Of a stretch of 64,000 bases of DNA, positions 59,364 through 64,000 are shown in pieces. The notes below the pieces were generated by a model. That model saw only the letters and a program-made list of their open reading frames with translations, made no database searches and was not told the DNA's origin. Position 1 is the first letter of the stretch; the number at the start of each line of letters is the position of its first letter. The translations under genes and the position numbers were made by a program. Origin of the DNA: Klebsormidium nitens (lineage: Eukaryota > Plantae > Klebsormidiophyceae); the NCBI GenBank assembly GCA_000708835.1, contig DF237382.1, positions 1 through 64,000 of the forward strand, in the 5' to 3' direction.

Positions 59364-61449
59364 AAAGGCTCGACGTGCTTCCCCGGCGAAAGTTGCTCTC
59401 CGAGTCAATCTTACAGTGCAGCTCTTGTTTGAAGCAGACCCATCGGTGCGCCTCCGGATTCGAAGACCCACGAAGTGAAGAAGCCTCCCTAATGTTTATC
59501 GAAGTGTGTGTATAGAAGGAGACGCTCAACATTGGGCCGTCGAGTGGTCCGGGAGCAGTCTGTATAGATTGATCTGACTGGAACCCGTTGTCTTGTCTCA
59601 GCGGACGTGCTTCGGCCTTTCCTGAGGCACGTGACCAGCCCCTTCAGCCTCATGGGAGCCGCGGGGGTCGTTGTGGCGCTTTGCGTGGGGAACTGGTAAG
59701 CTACGTCACATGTCAATCAGCGTTGAGTGCCTTTGTTGATCAAAGCTGGCAGTGATGTTTGTTTGTATTGCGGTGACCAATCTTTTGTGTGGGTAAGACA
59801 ATATGAGAGTGGAACGGTTGGATCGAGCAAACAAAGGATTGCGAGGGCAAGCGAACCTGTTGGCTTCACGTTGAAGCATGCAGCAACGTCCATTTAAGGT
59901 TTTTGATTCTGGTTCGCCTTGCTTCTCGATTCTATTGGTGTACCATTCGCTTGGGGGTGTCTTTTCAAAAAGACTCGCATTTTCTCGGTGTATTTCCTCC
60001 TCGTGAAAGAAGCTCATTTTCGAGCGCTTGGCCCGACTGGCTGGGATGCTGACCGGAAACATTCTCAGTTCCAGAGGTGAAGAGTTAGTTGGCTAGCGGT
60101 CTTGAGTAAACATTCCGATTACGCGTGCGCAGAGTTCGATCCGGATTAGCAGCGTCAAATTCACAGCTTTCGGTTGACCGAGTTGTTGGTTGAAACTTTA
60201 TATAAATCTTGACGAGAAAAGAGAGGGTGGTCAACGGGCTGTTCGACTCATGCAGACTTTACACGGCTGCACAGGAAAAGCGACTCGGTTTCGAGCTGAT
60301 CATCACCTCTCACCCATCGAATGTCGGCTTTGTGAACCGTTTCTTTTCTAATGCAGGGTGGACCCGGTGCTCACTCTCGATGCTATGGAGTTTTGAGCGT
60401 GGGCCGAAAGCTGTCGCCACACCGTTAGATGCTCGCCACGTGGCAGCTTTGCAGGTGCTCAGGCAAGTACGGCCCGCCCGAAGTTTATACCCTCTTATTA
60501 CTGAGCCCGGTTCGGCTAATGCTGGAGAGTGCATAATCCAGCATTGATTCTATATCGTTTCTGGGTCCGTTGATGTAATTTGGGCGCCTCAGTGGAGCAC
60601 TTAACAGATACTTAAGCTTCCGTGTCCAAAGCGCTCCCAGATCCGTTTTCAAGGATGCCTTCTGTTCCAGGGCTCGTCGTGTCGAAACCCGTCATGTTTA
60701 CCTACAGAAAAGCTCTGCGAGGTCAAACGGGTTAAAGGCACAGAGTGGAATCAGAAAAGAAGCGTCCAAGTCGTCCCGTTTACGCTTTCGCTCTTTGAGC
60801 GTCCAAAGAAAACCACAGGACGCCGTCAAGATGTCTTAGCCGTGAACGTTCTTCCTGCTCCGCAACCCCGTTCAAATTAAGGTGTTGTCTGCTCACGTGG
60901 CTTACGGCGACATATAGATGCACCATTGTTGACCGCAAGTCACTGAAGCCAGCGGCGGCAGGCTGCTTTTCGGCATTCGCGAGGCGAGAATGCTTGCCGG
61001 CTGGAACGCGTTCCACGATTATCAACACAACTTTATCATCAACAAAAGATGTCATTGTGTCCAGTGACTACTTTTGCACACTGCAATTGCTTGAAGTCCG
61101 CAAGTCTTCTCTCTTTGAATCTGACGCACGTCTCTGCTGCCGTTTCTCGTGCAGGCTGCACGCGAGAAGCGACCGCCCCCAGGCATGCTTGTTGACTGGA
61201 TACGGACCGGGGGCTGAAGTGGAGAACTGTGATGACGTGGGCTCTACAAGCTGGGGCATTTGTTGATGGTGAGCAAAGCATGAACCTTATTAACGATCGA
61301 AAGTAGGAGTTCTTCCCCGATTCCTTGGCATGTCTTGAAAGGCGCACGGGTACCTTTCCGACTCCCTGAGACCTCTTGTCTCCTGCCGACTTGAGACTCT
61401 GACGATGTCCTTGACCACTTTGCTCGATTCTCAAGGCATCTTTCCGGAT

Positions 61450-62070
61450 GCCCGCTGAATCAATCCTCCACAGAATCTTGTTGCGTCATAAGTTGTACAT
61501 AGGCCGACACTAGGGAACACTTCTGAGGATGTGATTCGACCCGTGTTCGGTTATGGTGTTATAGGACTCCATTTTTAGGGAATCCGTCGGCGGGCTGAAT
61601 CTTCGTGACCATCCGTATCGCACTTCTTGACACCAGAATTGACTTTGTCAATCCGTCAGTAATGATTGACAGTATGTCTGAGTGTCGGCTGTGGTAACGG
61701 GGCCAGCAACGTCTCATATACCTGTCCGTTTGACCCTGCAGTCAGATTGAGGTGGACTCGACCTCCGGAACCCGCCTCATTGCCGGACTTCGAAGAAGCA
61801 GTAGAGGTACGGAGTAGCCACTAGGAGACTCTTCACAGCTCTGCGTGAAGTCGGGTTCTTTGGAAAACGGCTTCCACGTTCCGCAATATCTCGTGTAGAT
61901 TCATGCCTTTGCATACGCCCACATGGCAAGGGTGACTTGCCCACTCCGGAAACGCCTTGATAAAATGGGAATCTGACTGCTGCACTGTATTTTTTCGTTA
62001 AGTTTTTTTATTTGTTCGAGGATGACAAGACACTCTCTATGTCACGTCGGTGCAAACCCTTGCATGAGGT
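61450..62070 (-). pseudogene. Probable decayed P-loop NTPase (STAND/NB-ARC-like) fragment
   Basis: The minus strand reads KGLHRRDIESVLSSSNK*..AAVRFPFYQGVSGVGKS (Walker A, 61956-61933). After a 1-nt frameshift it reads TLAMWAYAKA*IYTRYCG. About 90 codons later in that frame comes ILSIITDGL (Walker B-like, 61675-61649), and a weak FCGGL appears near 61470. There are multiple stops. Confidence 0.45.
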
Positions 62071-64000
62071 TTTCTCTGCCGCTCAATCTTTCTCGAGACA
62101 CCCACTATCAGAGTGTGCCATCTTATTGTCAGCTTTCACGTTCCCTCCCAATATGGTGCCGGGCCACGAGCAGCCGAGGCTCAACACTCGTAATGTCGGC
62201 TCAAATTGTTTCTACGCCCTCTTCGTAATTCTCTGCAGTCTGGCTGTGTTCCACCTTGATCGCACCTTGATTGGAAACAGATCAAGTAATTCAATCCAGT
62301 ATTTCTTACAATTCTCTGACGATGATAGGCAGCTACGGTCTTGTTTCTGATCTGCTCGCTTGGCTGTGCTTTTCCAGAAAGAGCTTTCGGGCAAGGCTTA
62401 CTTGAATCGGGGCTTTTGTCCTGGCACAGCTTTGATTGCCGTTGTTAGATTGAGTTGCAACTGCTGCACCGGATCTGCCCCCCCCGTTCTTTTGAGAACA
62501 CGCACAGCCTTTGAGCAGTCAAGCTGGAAGTCATGGCTTCGTTGAACGGCAACTGACTCACTCGAGTGCCCAAATGCTGATCTAACAATGGCGTGTGCAC
62601 CTTTTGTTCGGCCATGATTATCTACGGCCTGATGAGCAGCAACACGCTGCCCAGACTGGAACTTGAAGAATATGCCAACGTTTCGGGATGTCAAACAAAG
62701 GCAACTGGATCTTGCGATGCTTTCCGGAAGTCAATTGTTATCCGGTGATTCCGTGATGCTCATTGTTTCGTGAGCAGCGGAAACCTAGCACTTCATTGTT
62801 TGTTGGCCAACGCGATTGATCATCTGTTCTCCTTGGTCGACTTTGTATTTACGAGAATATGGCCAGTAGCAACTCGCGCATTTTTGCTGGTCACAGACTG
62901 GTCACGTCCAAGCTTCGATCACTTCCTCAAAAGCGCATCTCAGTTGAGTGCCTCTTGTTGCATCTTGCTGTATAGTTCTGAAGTAGGTCATACCACGTAA
63001 GCCGTCTTGTCATTTGTTCCTTGGATATGCTTTACTGCCGTTGGACGGAGCGCCTCCAGCGCGGCATCGTCACGAGGAGCCAGAAATTGATCTCAATGAC
63101 GGGCTTCTTTTATCTGGCCGACTATTGGCTGGCAGGTAACAGTGCTCGCTGAAGGTTGAGAAGTGCCGCGTCAATCGAGTCCCTCGATTTCGAGGCGCTT
63201 CAGTTTGTCCTTTCTGTAGGTCTTCGCTTTGCATCTCTTTTGTTAGTGTTTAATTGCTCGGCTCAAAACACGGTATCAGAAGCTGCCATGGCGTGTGAGA
63301 ATCGTTTACAGCTTTGATCAACTTGTACGCATTCGTGATGTACGCCCATTTTCTGGCGGTCGCGTCCTTGCTTGCTTCACGTAAACTGGTTAGTAACCAG
63401 ACGGGCGTATTACATTCCAGACGCGAGCGGTCTTTGCAGACAGTCAGCGGCTCTCTTCTTTAGAGCGAGTGACACTTCCGCATATGCGATGTTGAGTGCC
63501 TCAGTTATAATCGGCGTGTTTTTCAAGGGACCCAGGCTATGAGTCGATAAACCCTGGGCAAAGCGGCTTGCGCATATCTCTTGGGAGTCGTCCGAGCCAG
63601 CATTGCTTCTCTTCTAAAAGAAGAATGTCCACGGCAAGCTTCAGTGCCGTTCTGCAAGAAGGGTGCTTTCGGACATTGCACGCGGTCATGATGGGCCTAA
63701 ACTCGATTATGAGCTGTAAAGCAGCTCAGCGATGCATGGAGGACCGAGGAACCGCCGGCTCTTTTATCGCTCCACTTTTTAGCACGTAACCTTCCTTCTT
63801 AGTGGCCGGGCCGACAACCCGAGGCAGGTCTGTAATAACAGACTTTTCAGGAAATTATTCGACACTGAGTTCGATTGTATCTTCTGCAAAAGCGTGCGCA
63901 TGGGTACAGATCCGTTTTCTGCGTAAGGGCACGCAGGTTAGGTCCAACAGTGTCCCGTGCGCAACTTTCTTGAAATGACGGTCGACTGGCTTTCAGGCCC

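Noticed and set aside
60830-60880. Second Walker-A-like string (GVAG/AGRTFTAK across a frameshift) followed by HLDGVLWFSL
   Set aside because: It needs a frameshift and lacks the invariant Lys, so it is too weak to call separately.

Overview
Intron-rich eukaryotic nuclear DNA from a streptophyte. Gene content and style suggest a charophyte alga such as Klebsormidium, which is an inference. I spliced 11 protein genes by hand. In order they are: STOP1-like C2H2 zinc finger (+), petC (-), PQ-loop transporter (+), RPL38 (-), RPC6/POLR3F (+), a 9-exon erythromycin-esterase-family gene (-), a DUF3339-like small membrane protein (+), DHX37/Dhr1 helicase (-), SPCS1 (+), a Rieske-ferredoxin-like gene missed by the ORF track (-) and GPI1/PIG-Q (+). 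A probable decayed P-loop/STAND NTPase (-) follows. There is one 520-nt assembly gap. No rRNA, tRNA, CRISPR array or intact transposon was recognised. Main observations: (1) Introns of four unrelated genes carry tandem 'echo' copies of the adjacent exon edge together with its splice site, and their differences from the real exon are mostly synonymous. (2) Gene orientation alternates strictly, and all five convergent intergenic regions between intact genes carry a CATGCA/TGCA-rich patch, about every 10 kb. (3) Two bacterial-type genes (Ere esterase, Rieske ferredoxin) are fully intronised. All alignments and counts were done by eye, and no database search was run.
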